Position numbers and translations under genes: made by a program. From an uncultured Phycisphaerales bacterium (GTDB lineage Bacteria; Planctomycetota; B15-G4; CAYZWU01): a DNA stretch of 64,000 nucleotides. The notes below the pieces were generated by a model. That model had not been told where the DNA came from. It saw only the letters and a program-made list of their open reading frames with translations, and searched no databases. Below are positions 10,104 to 21,600 of the stretch, in pieces. The DNA lies in contig CAZIUL010000009.1 of NCBI GenBank assembly GCA_964542475.1, positions 65,818 through 129,817 of the forward strand, read 5' to 3'. Position 1 is the stretch's first letter, and every line of letters begins with the position of its first letter.

Positions 10104-12146
10104 TCAACCCTCATCTTCTTCTTTGTTATACTTGGCGATGATTGCTTCTGCAATCTTGGATGGGACCAGATCGTAGTGGGAAAACTCTATGGTATAGGAC
10201 CCCTCACCGGCTGTGATTGACCTCAGATCCGTTGAATATGTCTGAATTTCCTGAAGCGGCACCGTAGCCTTGATGATCTGAATGTCGCCGATGGAATCCA
10301 TTCCTTGAATCCTTCCCCTTCGTCCGTTCACGTCAGAGGTGATGTCCCCCATGAACTTCCCGGGAATCGAGACTTCAATATTGGCGATCGGCTCAAGCAA
10401 AACAGGCCGCGCCTTCATAAACGCGTCCTTGAAAGCTTTTGTGGCAGCAACCTTGAAAGAAGCCTCTGATGAGTCAACGTCGTGGTAGGAACCGTCTACC
10501 AATCTCGCCTTGACATCGACCACTGTATAACCCGCAATCACCCCGGCATCGAGCACTTCCCTTATCCCCTTCTCGACCGCTGGTATGTACTGCCTGGGTA
10601 TAACGCCGCCGACGATCTCGTCGGAAAAAACGAAACCCTCTCCTCTCTCAACGGGTTCAAGGATCAGCTCAACTTCACCGTACTGGCCGTGACCGCCCGT
10701 CTGTTTCTTGTGCTTGTGATGCCCCCCTGATGTCCCCTGTATTGTTTCTTTAAGAGGAATCTTCGGCAGCTTCGTCTCAACTTCCACCTTGTAGCGCGAC
10801 TTCATCCTCTTGATGATGTTTTCCAGGTGAAGCATACTTATCCCAAGAATGATCATTTCAGCGGTCTGGGGATCCCGCTTGGCTTCGAATGTAGAGTCCT
10901 CGGTGTTCAATTTTTTCAGGGCTGTACCGAGTTTTTGTTCGTCATTCCGGCTTTTGGGAGAAACCGCAAGAGAAACCATCGGCGCAGGCATGTCCATGGC
11001 CGGCACAACGACATTACTCTTTTCATCGGTTACCGTGTCGGAGTTCTCCAACGTTTCAATCTTCGAAAATACCAGTATGTCACCCGCCACAGTCTGCTCT
11101 TGAACAGGCTCGAGCTCCTTTCCCTGGGGGCGGAAGACGTTACCGATCTTCTCGTTTTTCTCGGTCCGTGGATTGTATATGATCAGGCCGGGACTGATGG
11201 ATCCGGTGTACATCCTGATGTAGTTCATCTTGCCCACATAAGGATCTGTCACCGATTTGAATACGAAACCAACCGGGTCATCGCTTTCCCTGGGATCAAG
11301 GCGGATTTCTTCGTCTCCCTTGGAAGCGGAGCGAAAAGGTCCATCCAATGGGGAAGGAGCGTATTCAGCCAGGAACTCCATCGCTTCCGCTACTCCAAGA
11401 TCCTTTTCCACGGCCGTGCAAAGCACGGGCACCAGGCTCTTGTTGTTGATGGCAATCCTTAGCAGTTTTTTCAGATCCGCCGGTTCGATGGTTTCGCCCT
11501 CGAGATATCTCTCCATCAGCTCTTCGTCGTTTTCGACCAGCGCTTCAATGAGATCCAACCTTGTTTGTTCGACCCGATCCTTCATGGAGTCGGGCGCTTT
11601 TTCTGGAGCGTTGAGGCAATCGACCAGGGTGGAAACCTTGCCCCCGGTCGTATCCGGAATAAAGACAGGATAAATGTTGCTGCCGAAGAACTCCCTGAGG
11701 TTCCCTATGAGCCCGTCCCAATCAACGTTTTCCATGTCGACCTTGTTGATGATGATCACCTTGGCAAGGTCCAGCTTACCGGCTTCCTCCCACAGCTTGC
11801 GTGTATTGTATAAGATACCGTTGAAAGCATTGATATTGACCAACGCTGTTTCAGCGGCATAAAGCGATGATATGGCTTCACCGATGAAATCGGGGTATCC
11901 GGGTGTATCCAACAGGTTGATTTCGTGCTCGTTGTGGTTCAGGTGCATGATTGACAGGTTGATCGAATGTTTCTTGTCCTTTTCTTCAGGATCGTAATCC
12001 GAAACGGACGTGTTGTCATCGATCTTGCCGAGCCTGGTCACAGCCCCTCCCTTGAAAAGAAGCGCATCGACCAGAGAGGTTTTCCCTGAGTCCGCCCCAC
12101 CGATAAAGGCTATGTTTCTTATAGCTTTTGCCTCATAGTCAGCCAT
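10104..12146 (-). CDS. Elongation factor G-like GTPase (EF-G paralogue, divergent P-loop)
   Basis: 680 aa. Five-domain EF-G architecture (G domain, then domains II to V). G1 motif GGADSGKTS instead of the canonical AHVDAGKTT. DTPGYPDF (G3) and NKVD (G4) present. Confidence 0.75.
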   Translation of the reverse strand: MADYEAKAIRNIAFIGGADSGKTSLVDALLFKGGAVTRLGKIDDNTSVSDYDPEEKDKKHSINLSIMHLNHNEHEINLLDTPGYPDFIGEAISSLYAAETALVNINAFNGILYNTRKLWEEAGKLDLAKVIIINKVDMENVDWDGLIGNLREFFGSNIYPVFIPDTTGGKVSTLVDCLNAPEKAPDSMKDRVEQTRLDLIEALVENDEELMERYLEGETIEPADLKKLLRIAINNKSLVPVLCTAVEKDLGVAEAMEFLAEYAPSPLDGPFRSASKGDEEIRLDPRESDDPVGFVFKSVTDPYVGKMNYIRMYTGSISPGLIIYNPRTEKNEKIGNVFRPQGKELEPVQEQTVAGDILVFSKIETLENSDTVTDEKSNVVVPAMDMPAPMVSLAVSPKSRNDEQKLGTALKKLNTEDSTFEAKRDPQTAEMIILGISMLHLENIIKRMKSRYKVEVETKLPKIPLKETIQGTSGGHHKHKKQTGGHGQYGEVELILEPVERGEGFVFSDEIVGGVIPRQYIPAVEKGIREVLDAGVIAGYTVVDVKARLVDGSYHDVDSSEASFKVAATKAFKDAFMKARPVLLEPIANIEVSIPGKFMGDITSDVNGRRGRIQGMDSIGDIQIIKATVPLQEIQTYSTDLRSITAGEGSYTIEFSHYDLVPSKIAEAIIAKYNKEEDEG

Positions 12147-12330
12147 GGATATCTCCCTGCTTTGTTTTTAAGCGTGAGCATAAGCCTGATCATGGTAAAG
12201 CCAAATGCCATGACAGGATATACATTGATCCGGTCCACAAGCTATGTATCACTCGTGGTTATTTACAAAAACGATCTATACTAATTCCAGATCCTGTATA
12301 AATCAAGCTCCGGTTTTAACATTTCACATC

Positions 12331-12510
12331 TAACCCGCTTATTTCATACTCTTCGTCGCGAGGTGCCGTAAACTGTGTTGTGGCAAGGCGCATGTCAGGA
12401 GACGACCGCAGGCCTGTTCCTACAGGTTGAGGATCGTCTCCTGGCATGAAACGCAGCCACGGCGCAGGTTACTGTGCCGCAGCAGAAGAGGATGAAATAT
12501 GCGGGCTAAA
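12331..12510. repeat. Family-A MITE-like element, full-length copy (~180 bp) with ~40-bp terminal inverted repeats and an internal hairpin
   Basis: Left end taacccgcttatttcatactcttcgtcgcgaggtgccgtaaactg. Right end is the reverse complement of cccgcatatttcatcctcttctgctgcggcacagtaa. Internal inverted repeat caggagacga/tcgtctcctg. The same ends recur at 6 other loci. Confidence 0.75.
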
Positions 12511-12587
12511 CGGTTTCTACGCAAGAACCGCATCGGGGGATAACGCTTGGGTCATTATTTAAACTTCGAACCATTCATGTAACCCCC

Positions 12588-13469
12588 TTATCTCCATAGG
12601 GATGAAGCAAATCGCGGCCATTCCTCCAAGAGCTCGATGATCTCCGCCCTGAAGAATATAACGGTCACGACCCCCAATGAAAGGAAAGGCCCAAACGGGA
12701 CCTCATGCTTTCCGGTGATTAGCCTGTACGGCACGCCAACTATGCTGCCTGCCGCACAGCCCGCGACAAATACCATCAAAACACCTTCCCATCCGAACAT
12801 ACCACCCACAAAAGCCATGAACTTGACATCTCCCATGCCAAGGGCCTCCTTTTTCAGCGCGGCCTTTCCGATCCACCCAACGGCAAGGAGGGTTCCCCCG
12901 CCTACCAGAGCGCCGCCAAGCGAGGAGATGAGGCCCGCAAGATGGGCGTTTAAAGCCTCGATGAAAAGGCTGCTGTTCTCCTGCAAGCCCGGCAGGAGCG
13001 CGCATGCCAACGGTGCTGCCACAATCCCGGAATAGGTAATCTCATCCGGAATGATCTTGAAATCCAGGTCGATGAAAGTAACCACCAGCACGGTTGCTAG
13101 CATGTACATCTGGATGATGTAGATTCCTAAAAGTTGAAGACGTTCGGACCCGCTGTTGATGATGTCGGGTGCATGGCCGATGGTCAGGCACACGAATAGT
13201 ATTGATGTGAGGGCTTCGACCAAAGGATATCGCCACGAAAGCAAGCCGCCGCAAAAACGGCATCGGCCGCGCAAGCGGACGAACGATACCACTGGTATGT
13301 TGTCATACCATGGTATCGATTTTCCGCAAGCCGGGCAAAACGACCTCATTGGGCGTGTTACTGTAAGGGATTCCCTTGGAAGCCGGTAGATGAGAACATT
13401 GAGAAAGCTGCCGACCATGGCCCCAAAAACGCCCGCGACAACCGAAAACAAACAGATCGGAAAGCTCAT
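12588..13469 (-). CDS. pilD: Prepilin peptidase / N-methyltransferase PilD (A24 family)
   Basis: N-terminal tetra-Cys zinc motif (CPACGKSI...CRFCGG). Multi-TM body with the catalytic Asp region (GMGDVKFMAFVGG). 293 aa. Confidence 0.9.
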   Translation of the reverse strand: MSFPICLFSVVAGVFGAMVGSFLNVLIYRLPRESLTVTRPMRSFCPACGKSIPWYDNIPVVSFVRLRGRCRFCGGLLSWRYPLVEALTSILFVCLTIGHAPDIINSGSERLQLLGIYIIQMYMLATVLVVTFIDLDFKIIPDEITYSGIVAAPLACALLPGLQENSSLFIEALNAHLAGLISSLGGALVGGGTLLAVGWIGKAALKKEALGMGDVKFMAFVGGMFGWEGVLMVFVAGCAAGSIVGVPYRLITGKHEVPFGPFLSLGVVTVIFFRAEIIELLEEWPRFASSLWR

Positions 13470-13503
13470 CTATGGCTTCTCCATCCAGCACAAAAAACCG
13501 TAA

Positions 13504-14367
13504 TCATTGGCAGTCGCAATTGATCCATATATGACTGAACGTGTTTTCTATCCTATTCCCGCCAAAATCGGTAAAGCCCAGAAGATCCCTCCAAAGCTCG
13601 TAGCGGCGCCCTTTCAGAAAACCCCCTGACGGCTTCACATCAACAAACGAACTGCCGGTCCCTGCTGTGCTGATCGAACAGACAAGGTCCAATCCGCCAA
13701 AGTCATTGTCAACCTCTCCGCTCCCGCCTTTTGGCTCTTCACCAATTTTAACTACCTCATTCGAAACACGCATACCCGCTCTTTGGCCCAGCACGGAACC
13801 GGGAAACAAGGGCTCTGAAAACTTCAGCCGTAAAAGCGACCCCGGAGTCACATCAAGGCCGCGAATGTTTATTTCTTGCACAGGCTTGCTGTTCACCGCC
13901 ACGAGCACCGGGGCTGATCCGGGATCACAATCAACAAAATGAGAAAGTCCTACAGGTTCGCCGGATACGGTACTGAAAGAAGATGAATAACAGCGGTCAA
14001 GGTGAAACCCCCCTGTTGATAAAACAGCAATATATGATGGAAACCCATTGAAGCAGACCTTGTATTCGCATCCTGGAAGGAGACCTGAGTCCGAGCAATC
14101 CTGTGCTTGCGGAAGAGCGGGGAAAAACCTGGCCTCGCTGCCGTTGACAATCCAGCGCCCCCGGGCTGCCTCTCCATCCGCGTTCAAAATCGACACCGTA
14201 TCCGGGTTGATTGATGACCTGTCGACTTCTTTGTTGAATTTGAAAACCAGCGCTTCGTTCAGACAAACACCGTTTTTCTCTTCCTGGATAAAACTCAAAA
14301 GTGAAAAGTCGGAAGCTCTTCCGCAGCCAATCATAATCAGGCACAAAAAACAGAGAGCTTTTTTCAT
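13504..14367 (-). CDS. Cys-rich predicted lipoprotein, function unknown
   Basis: Likely start at internal ATG giving MKKALCFLCLIMIGCG (lipobox LIMIGC). Rest soluble with about 10 Cys. Co-directional between pilD and the giant lipoprotein genes. Confidence 0.5.
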   Translation of the reverse strand: MKKALCFLCLIMIGCGRASDFSLLSFIQEEKNGVCLNEALVFKFNKEVDRSSINPDTVSILNADGEAARGRWIVNGSEARFFPALPQAQDCSDSGLLPGCEYKVCFNGFPSYIAVLSTGGFHLDRCYSSSFSTVSGEPVGLSHFVDCDPGSAPVLVAVNSKPVQEINIRGLDVTPGSLLRLKFSEPLFPGSVLGQRAGMRVSNEVVKIGEEPKGGSGEVDNDFGGLDLVCSISTAGTGSSFVDVKPSGGFLKGRRYELWRDLLGFTDFGGNRIENTFSHIWINCDCQ

Positions 14368-14476
14368 GAACAGGGCCCGTATCAAATCGTCATCACGAAG
14401 CAGGGGGACAGGTTTTGATTTGTAACGTATCAAAACCCGTCCCCCTGCATTTTAAATCATGTCGGCAGTGCTGTCG

Positions 14477-17400
14477 CTAATACTTAAACCTCATCCGCAC
14501 GTAGTCGATTTGTGGTTTTTTGCTTTCCGGACTCAGGGTGCCAATCCAAGCTGAATCGAGCCTGATACGAAAACGGATGAACTGCTTCCCGGATAACTCG
14601 GTCAGGTCGTGTGTCCATGTGTCTTCGTTAACAACAGCTGGGTCTTCGTTCGCAACCTTTGATCCCGGGATCAGCGCATCGGTTCCCTGGAACTGAAAAG
14701 CCACATGGTTGTCCTCCGGGATATAGTCGATTTGGGCCACCTTACTATCCGGGGCTTCAACCTTGAAGTCGTTGGAGTCCTCATCATCGGGAGGAGTTGC
14801 ACCGTTCAACACATAATGACCGATAGTATATGCCTCAGCCCACGACTGTCCGCCTATGGTGGTTTCCCTGACCCCCCTGAAACCGTCCAGCAAGTCAGGA
14901 AATGTACCCGGTTCCGGGTTTTCGAACCAGAAATACGGCGGGATTTCATCGTTGATAGGGTTCCTGTCGATAATACGCCCCATGTCGATCCACTTGGACA
15001 CTGCATACGTATGCGAGCTTATGGTGGACTTGGTCTTATACGGATCCACAAGGCATTCAGTGGTTCTGGGAAACTCACCATAGTAGTTCTTGGGAGTGCC
15101 CTTGACCCGGACCTCAAAACGGGAATAGTAGACTTGCTGGCCTGCATTATAATGCTTCATCTTGTCAGGCTCCCATTGGATCTTGCAGATGTCGCATTCA
15201 ACCGATGTCCATTCTTTCGGCTCTCCATCAGGCCACCCCACCATGACCAGGTCGTTCTCCGGATCAGGCACCATAAGTTGAATGAGGCCGTATCCTCCAT
15301 ACCCGCCGTCTCCGCGTGACCAGGAACAAAAAGCCGAATAATTCAGGAGCCCGTTGCCTGGTTGGATTTTGCATGGCTCCAGGATTCCAACATAACCCAC
15401 TCCAGTGGTTTCCTTGGCGTCATCTCCCCAACCCCCAGCCACATTGAGACAACCGTTTTCTTCGATTGTGATGGTCTTTGCGGAGTTCAGGATGATGGCT
15501 CCTCCGCTGCCACCTCCCGCACCGCCTCCGAAACTGGAATGGCCGATCACTTCACCGCCCCCTCCTCGCCCGCCCATAGCATATATACAGCCGGTGCTCT
15601 CTATGCTGATTCCCTCCAGGCTGTGGATTGCGATGGAGCCGCTGCCGCCGCCGCCGCCGCCGCCCTTGGAATCGTAACAGCTTGCAGCCTTGGGAGGATT
15701 TTGCGCCGCGCCCTGACCCTTTGTAACCGGGCGCATGCTGTCCAGCCGTGAACCACCGCCACCCCCGCCCTGTCCGCCGATAAGCTCTTTCACCTCGCCG
15801 TATTCACCGATGAAATCGTTGTCCTCATCTCCATCCTTGAAAACCAAGTTTCCAATATCCCCGGGATGAGGTGCATGATCAATGTGCTCATCACCGGTGT
15901 TTCCGAACTCGTTTATCTTCGTCTGTTCATCAAGAGGATCGCCTTCATGCCATGTAGGATCGTATTCGTAAGATCCATCCCACCACTCCCAGACGTCCCT
16001 GATATAAAACTCCCCATCTTCATCCACACCATACTGCCCCTTCCCAGGATATCCTATATGTCCTTCCTGGTAAAAGGAGCCTCCTCCGCCGCCTGCGCCG
16101 CGGCTGTCAGGATCATTTTTCGAACCCTGCCAGGGAACAAACTTGTCCTTTGCGCCGCTCTCACCCCCAAAACCTCCTGTCTGCTTGATGTTGCCTGGAC
16201 CATAGCCTCTCTCGCCGGTCGGCACGGATTGAAGGTCTGTCAGGTTCTTGAAATTCGGGGGGATGGGAGGCTGACCCATGCCGCCGCGGCCGCCGCCGGG
16301 TCCCGGGGGGCCGCCAGGCGTCGGCATGAACGCAGAATTGAAAGTGGTGTCATTTGTTCCATTCTGCCCGGAAACGTCGATCGTGCCCCCTATCGTCACT
16401 TCTCCTGTAGCCGTAAAAACCAATGGTTTTGATCCCATGGCCATCACAGTCACACCGTACGGTATATTGATCTCCCTGAAATGGAACTCACCGGTCTTGA
16501 TAATAACAGGTTTTGTTATGTCAGGAGTTGCACCGTTGTTCAGAGGCAGCGGCTGGTAATCAGTATCCAGCATCACGATCGATGCCACACCAACCACGGG
16601 GCGGAAATCTCCGAGTTCCCCGCTACCGCTGAGACCGAGCCCGGCAAGAAGGTGCTTGTACTCAGGAGGTTGGCCATCCAAATCCTGAACGTTCCAGATA
16701 GCTCTGGCGTTGGCGAGCTCGTGCTTAGTCTGTTCCATCTCGTTATCGAGGAACTCTTCCATGAAGAAGTCTTCGATAACCGCATCACCTGGACCGGGAT
16801 CATAGGTTTCGAAGCTTCCAACGAATTCGGCACCGTACGGATCGAAGCCATAGTTTTCGTGCATGCTTCCACCGCTCAGGTTCTTCAATGAAAAACGCAC
16901 CATCATCTCGATGCGCTTTCCTATCGGGAGAATTCCGGAAGGTTCGAGCTTGACCGTAGCCCCGTGATATGAGTTGTTCAAAAGAGTAACCGTTCCACCC
17001 AGCTCGTAATGCCTGAGCGCGAAGTCTACCCTTCTATCGGAGGTCAGCTGTGCATCGTCGATCGCATGGGTTTCCTTCACAGACCCGGTTTGCAGGTCCA
17101 GATGGACCACCTCCATAGCGTTGGCCTCATAAAGAACCATTGTGTCGATATGAAAAAAATCCAAGCTGCAGTAATCGCCTGAAAGGCCGGACACCACGGT
17201 CTCACAGGTCAGGTTGGAGTTGATCTTTTCGATGGATGAGATGGCGTTCGGCGTGCCGGGATCATATACCCTAAGGCCGTAAAGAGCACCGTCCCTGCCC
17301 ATGGTCAGATCCACGAAGTCTCCAAGGCCGGCTACCAATGTTCCGAGCACGACCACAGCTCCGGTGTCCACGTCGATTTCCAAAAGGGAAGTTCCAAGGT

Positions 17401-18575
17401 CGTTCAAACCATAAAGCTTGCGCTGCAGCTCGGTATCCAGACGGATACAGATCGAACTTGCCTTGACTCCCAAAGGGCTGAATAACCTTTCGTTGGACAG
17501 CTCGCAGATCGTAAACGGCGGAGTGCCTGAAATATTCTCGAAGTCCGCGTCATAAAGGGCGGTCTCTGAGCAGACCAGCATCATGTGCTGTTTCGTTGCC
17601 ACAATCGACTTGACACCTACCTTGGTCATGTTGAAAAACGTATACCCCAGAAACTCGAACTCATCCGAGCCTGCTTCCATCATCGCAAGATATCCAAGCT
17701 CGGAGAATGTCTCGTCAACAGCCGTGTACATGACTGAATCATCGTATGCGAGAAATATGTTCTCCTCACTGACGGTATCCCCATCAAGGTCCGAGCCCTG
17801 GATGTTATCGCTGTCAAAATCAAGGGGCTGATCGAACTGAATCTCGATGTCCCTTGGCGCGGGAAAACCCTGCAACTCGCCTGAAACACTGTTGATGGGG
17901 AAATCCACGGTGCCGTCCACAGGATCGGTGGTCACCACTCCGGGTGGCAGGACCGGCTGGTTCTTGAAGAAAAAAGCAGGCATTTCTTCGGGCCAGGTTG
18001 TAAACTCGATCGGAAAATCCACACCTGGATCAATGGCAACCAGATCTTCGATACTCCCCGATGTTCCGGTCGGTACAAAAACGGTGTATGTATAACCCGG
18101 CAGAAGACCCGGGACGTTTTGGGCCACCGCATTTATCGAAAGATCGATCTCCCCCGTGGGTATATAGGGAGTAAAAACAACTACGTTGTCCATGATCTCG
18201 TATGTGCCCCTGGCAACGATTAGGTTCTTTGTCCCATCGAGAGCAACATCCGGGCCCTGATAATCCAAGCCGGGGTTGGCATTGATGAGAATGTTCCCTG
18301 AATGGACATCACCCGCTACCGGATCGGAAAAGGTGAACAGGACCTGCTGGCTCAACGGCACATTCGCAGGAGGTGTTTTCGTAGCTCCTGACAAGTCGGT
18401 GTATTCGGGAAAGGTTATGGATGTCAGCGTCTGGCCTTTGTATCCGGCCCCTCCATGTCCGCCGCCGCCGCCACCGCCGCCGCCGCCGCAGCTCGACAGG
18501 GCAAACGTAAACAGGAACGAGCAAAACAAAACCACTGAAAACCGAGCAGGATGAAATGCCTTAAACCGTTTCATG
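14477..18575 (-). CDS. Giant predicted surface lipoprotein, paralogue B (~1365 aa) with poly-Gly tether and internal Gly-rich / beta-helix-like repeats
   Basis: Likely start MKRFKAFHPARFSVVLFCSFLFTFALSSCGGGGGGGGGGHGG (AAGGA SD upstream). The track ORF begins 17 codons earlier at a GTG/TTG-type start. Internal tracts GGQGGGGGGS, KGGGGGGGSGS, GGRGGGGE, and the motif GGAIILNSAKTITIEENGCLNVAGG. Collagen-like PGGPPGPGGGRGG. Confidence 0.7.
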
Positions 18576-18667
18576 GTTCCAATTCCTTTATATTGAAAAC
18601 CGAGCCATACAATAAAAACTCGCATTTCCTGTACAAAAACTACGGCATCAGCTTCCAGATGCCATTG

Positions 18668-21600
18668 CTAATCTTCAACGATCAGATAAGGAATCACAAT
18701 CGAGTCTATGCTGGGAACCACCCCAGCATCCACATTTGCTGTAAACAGGGCCTTGAAACGAATATAATTGTAATTCTTATATGCCATATTCACATTGAAA
18801 CCCATAACCTCGCCAGGCTGAACCCACCCTGATTGACTGCCCGGGATATAAGGATTGGCCGTGGTTTGAAAGCTGAGGTCCAAGCCTGTCCCTTCAGGGA
18901 TATTTTCCAGATCCGGCAATATAATCGGGTTAATGAACTGCATGTCATAACCGCCTTGGATATCAGTGCCGAGATAAGGCGACACTATTGTAGATTTCCG
19001 TTTTACGTAGTCGAAGATCATGAAATACCGCGAATTGTCGCCGTATTTACCTGTAAAATTTGTCAAGGGGCCCTGGGCATTCGGATATTTGCCTGGTTGT
19101 GTACAACCGTAGACAAGGCCAATGACGGAGTTTGGACTGGTAGGATCGTCACCGCGTGTGTATACCCTGAACCTCGGCAGCGCGCTGGACAAGATCGCTG
19201 CATGATAGGTAAAACCGTTACTTATTGATGCGCTGGCCTTCGTGTTCGGGTCCGTCCTGTACTCGATAAGCATGGACTGGTTCGAGTCGTATTCAAAGCC
19301 CGGATTTCCGACCGGTTTGTCAAACTCCGGCCACGGTACGTAGTAAAAAAAATTCTGACTCCCAGCGTTTTTGGGCGCGTAGAGGTTATGCCAGTCCATT
19401 GAATAGGGCACACCATCATTGTTTTTCCCGAGCACAACTGTATGGACATAAGGCTGGCGGTTTTGATTGAAATTCTGAACGAGACCGCTTTGGGGGTGGT
19501 CCGGGATCCCATCGCAATTATCGTCGTTTGACAAAGGTACAATGTTTGTCAATGAAATGAGAATCGACATCTTCTCAATCACTGAGTTCGTTATCCAGCC
19601 GCCGATAGGAGCCCAGGAAAGGCCGATCAGATCCAGAACCGTATCCTCATAAGCAAGTATATCCGGGGAACAATCGCCCCGCCGGTATGTGTGTTGAAAC
19701 CGGCTCCCGTATGAACTGTTAACCGGCGTACCCGTGCCGAAGGGGAGTGCGAACAACGGATCCGGATAGTGCGGCGAGGACGGGGGTGGTGGATTCCATT
19801 CGTCGAAAATATGTTCAATGAACTCCACTGAATGTCCGCTCAAAAAACCGTTCAGGCCTAACGCGATGTCAGCGATGTGTGGACCATAGACCATGGGATC
19901 GCCTTGGCCATCGACCTGGTGGTCATAAAAGATACCACCCGAGATGGGCGGGTTTCCCACAGTTCCTGTTTCCGGCAAGCCCATGAACCTGTGCACCAAA
20001 ACGCCGTTCTCCGGACGGCTCTCCGGGTCAGGCGCTGCTTGAATGTTGAACTCGTACTTAAAATCCACCGCGGGCGGAAACGCCCCGTAACCCGTGCTGT
20101 CCGAATACGCCACGCACCATTTGCTCCCTTTATCGAAAAAGTAAGCGGGCAGCCCCAAAGCCTGTCCCCCGAGGCTCATGACCCCCAACACGCCGATCTT
20201 TTCCAGATCCTCTTCTACGCCCTCGGGCAGGTCATCGCCGAAAGAATCGTAAAAATCATTCAAGACCTGATCAGGGGGCACCGTGCGAATCGTCATGCGA
20301 AGAGATTTGGGCTGACCACCGAAGCCTACCAGCTGTTCCCCGGTAAGGCCGAACTGGTCGTCAACTATCGGTTCGAATGAAAGAATGCTGTTGCTTTTAC
20401 GTGCTGCCGTACGACCGACTTTCATGTAGTCGAAACCGGGATCTTCGATGTTCACGGAGCCTTTACAAACATAAAAAGTTTCGTACGGTCTGAACGAACC
20501 CGGATCCATGGCTTCTGAAAACCGGAAAGAAAGCCGCCAGTTGGAATCTACAGAATTGGTTCCGCTGGAGCCGGGATCGTAGTCAACTTCCTCCCAGATC
20601 TCATCGTTCTCGTTCCACTCCTCCCAGATCACGAAATTGAAAAGATCGGAGTTCTTGGCATCCTCAAGATCATCATCGTCTTTAGGGTAGTTATCCGGGT
20701 CTACGGCGGCCAAAGGATCTCCGGTTCCTGGGATCGGTTCGAAAAACTCGGCCCGCTGCAGGTGGTACTCGTCCGGATCCTGGACGCCTGGAATACCGGG
20801 ATCAGGCGGGACGTTGAACTGTCCCACTATATAAAGTGTGTCCGGCGTGTTGTGATCGACGCGTACTTTCTCCTCTGTCGCCGTATTTTGGCGCAGCGTC
20901 AACAGTGCTCCCGCCCACTCCCCATCGCCTCCGTTTGCTTCATCGTTGAAGCTGTTTTCCGGGTTCTGGGGGTCCCAGATCGGGCCCATATCCGGGTCAA
21001 CTATCGCTGTCAATCCGGAACCGTTGCCCACGGAACCCTCCTCGTCCTGATCGGAAGGATACCTTACTTCCCGTATGATCCTGGGCGGTGTCAGGTCAGG
21101 GAGAAAACCATTGAAAGAAATGTCTCCGAAGTTGATGAAATCGAGATAGGTATTTCCGGGATTGAAGCCTACCGGCTTGCCCGGTGTTCCCAGAAGATCT
21201 TCCCTCGCGCTCAATGAGGTGCCGGTAGCGGATTGGAGAACGTTGTTTCCTGTTCCTTCCGAGTAAATCCTGATTCTCAGGTATCCATCCTGAGAGGCTA
21301 TTGGGTTCCCTGCCTGGTCGAATATGAGGGGGCTAGCTGGAAAACCCACCGCACCCTCGACAACCGGATTCAAAACCAACCTGTCGCCAAACAGCACCGC
21401 TTCAACCGAAATCAAATTATCAATATCCGTCCTGATCTGGACCGGGCTCTGAGCCGTTAAAAAACCGTTACCGTCTAGGTTAAGGCACTTGCTGTCCAGC
21501 TCCTTCGAAAAATCCAGGATCAACACACTGTTTCTTGGAATAATCGGTACCTTGAAAGACGAGTTGGGGAGATCCGTGAGACCGAAAGAACCAAGGTCGA

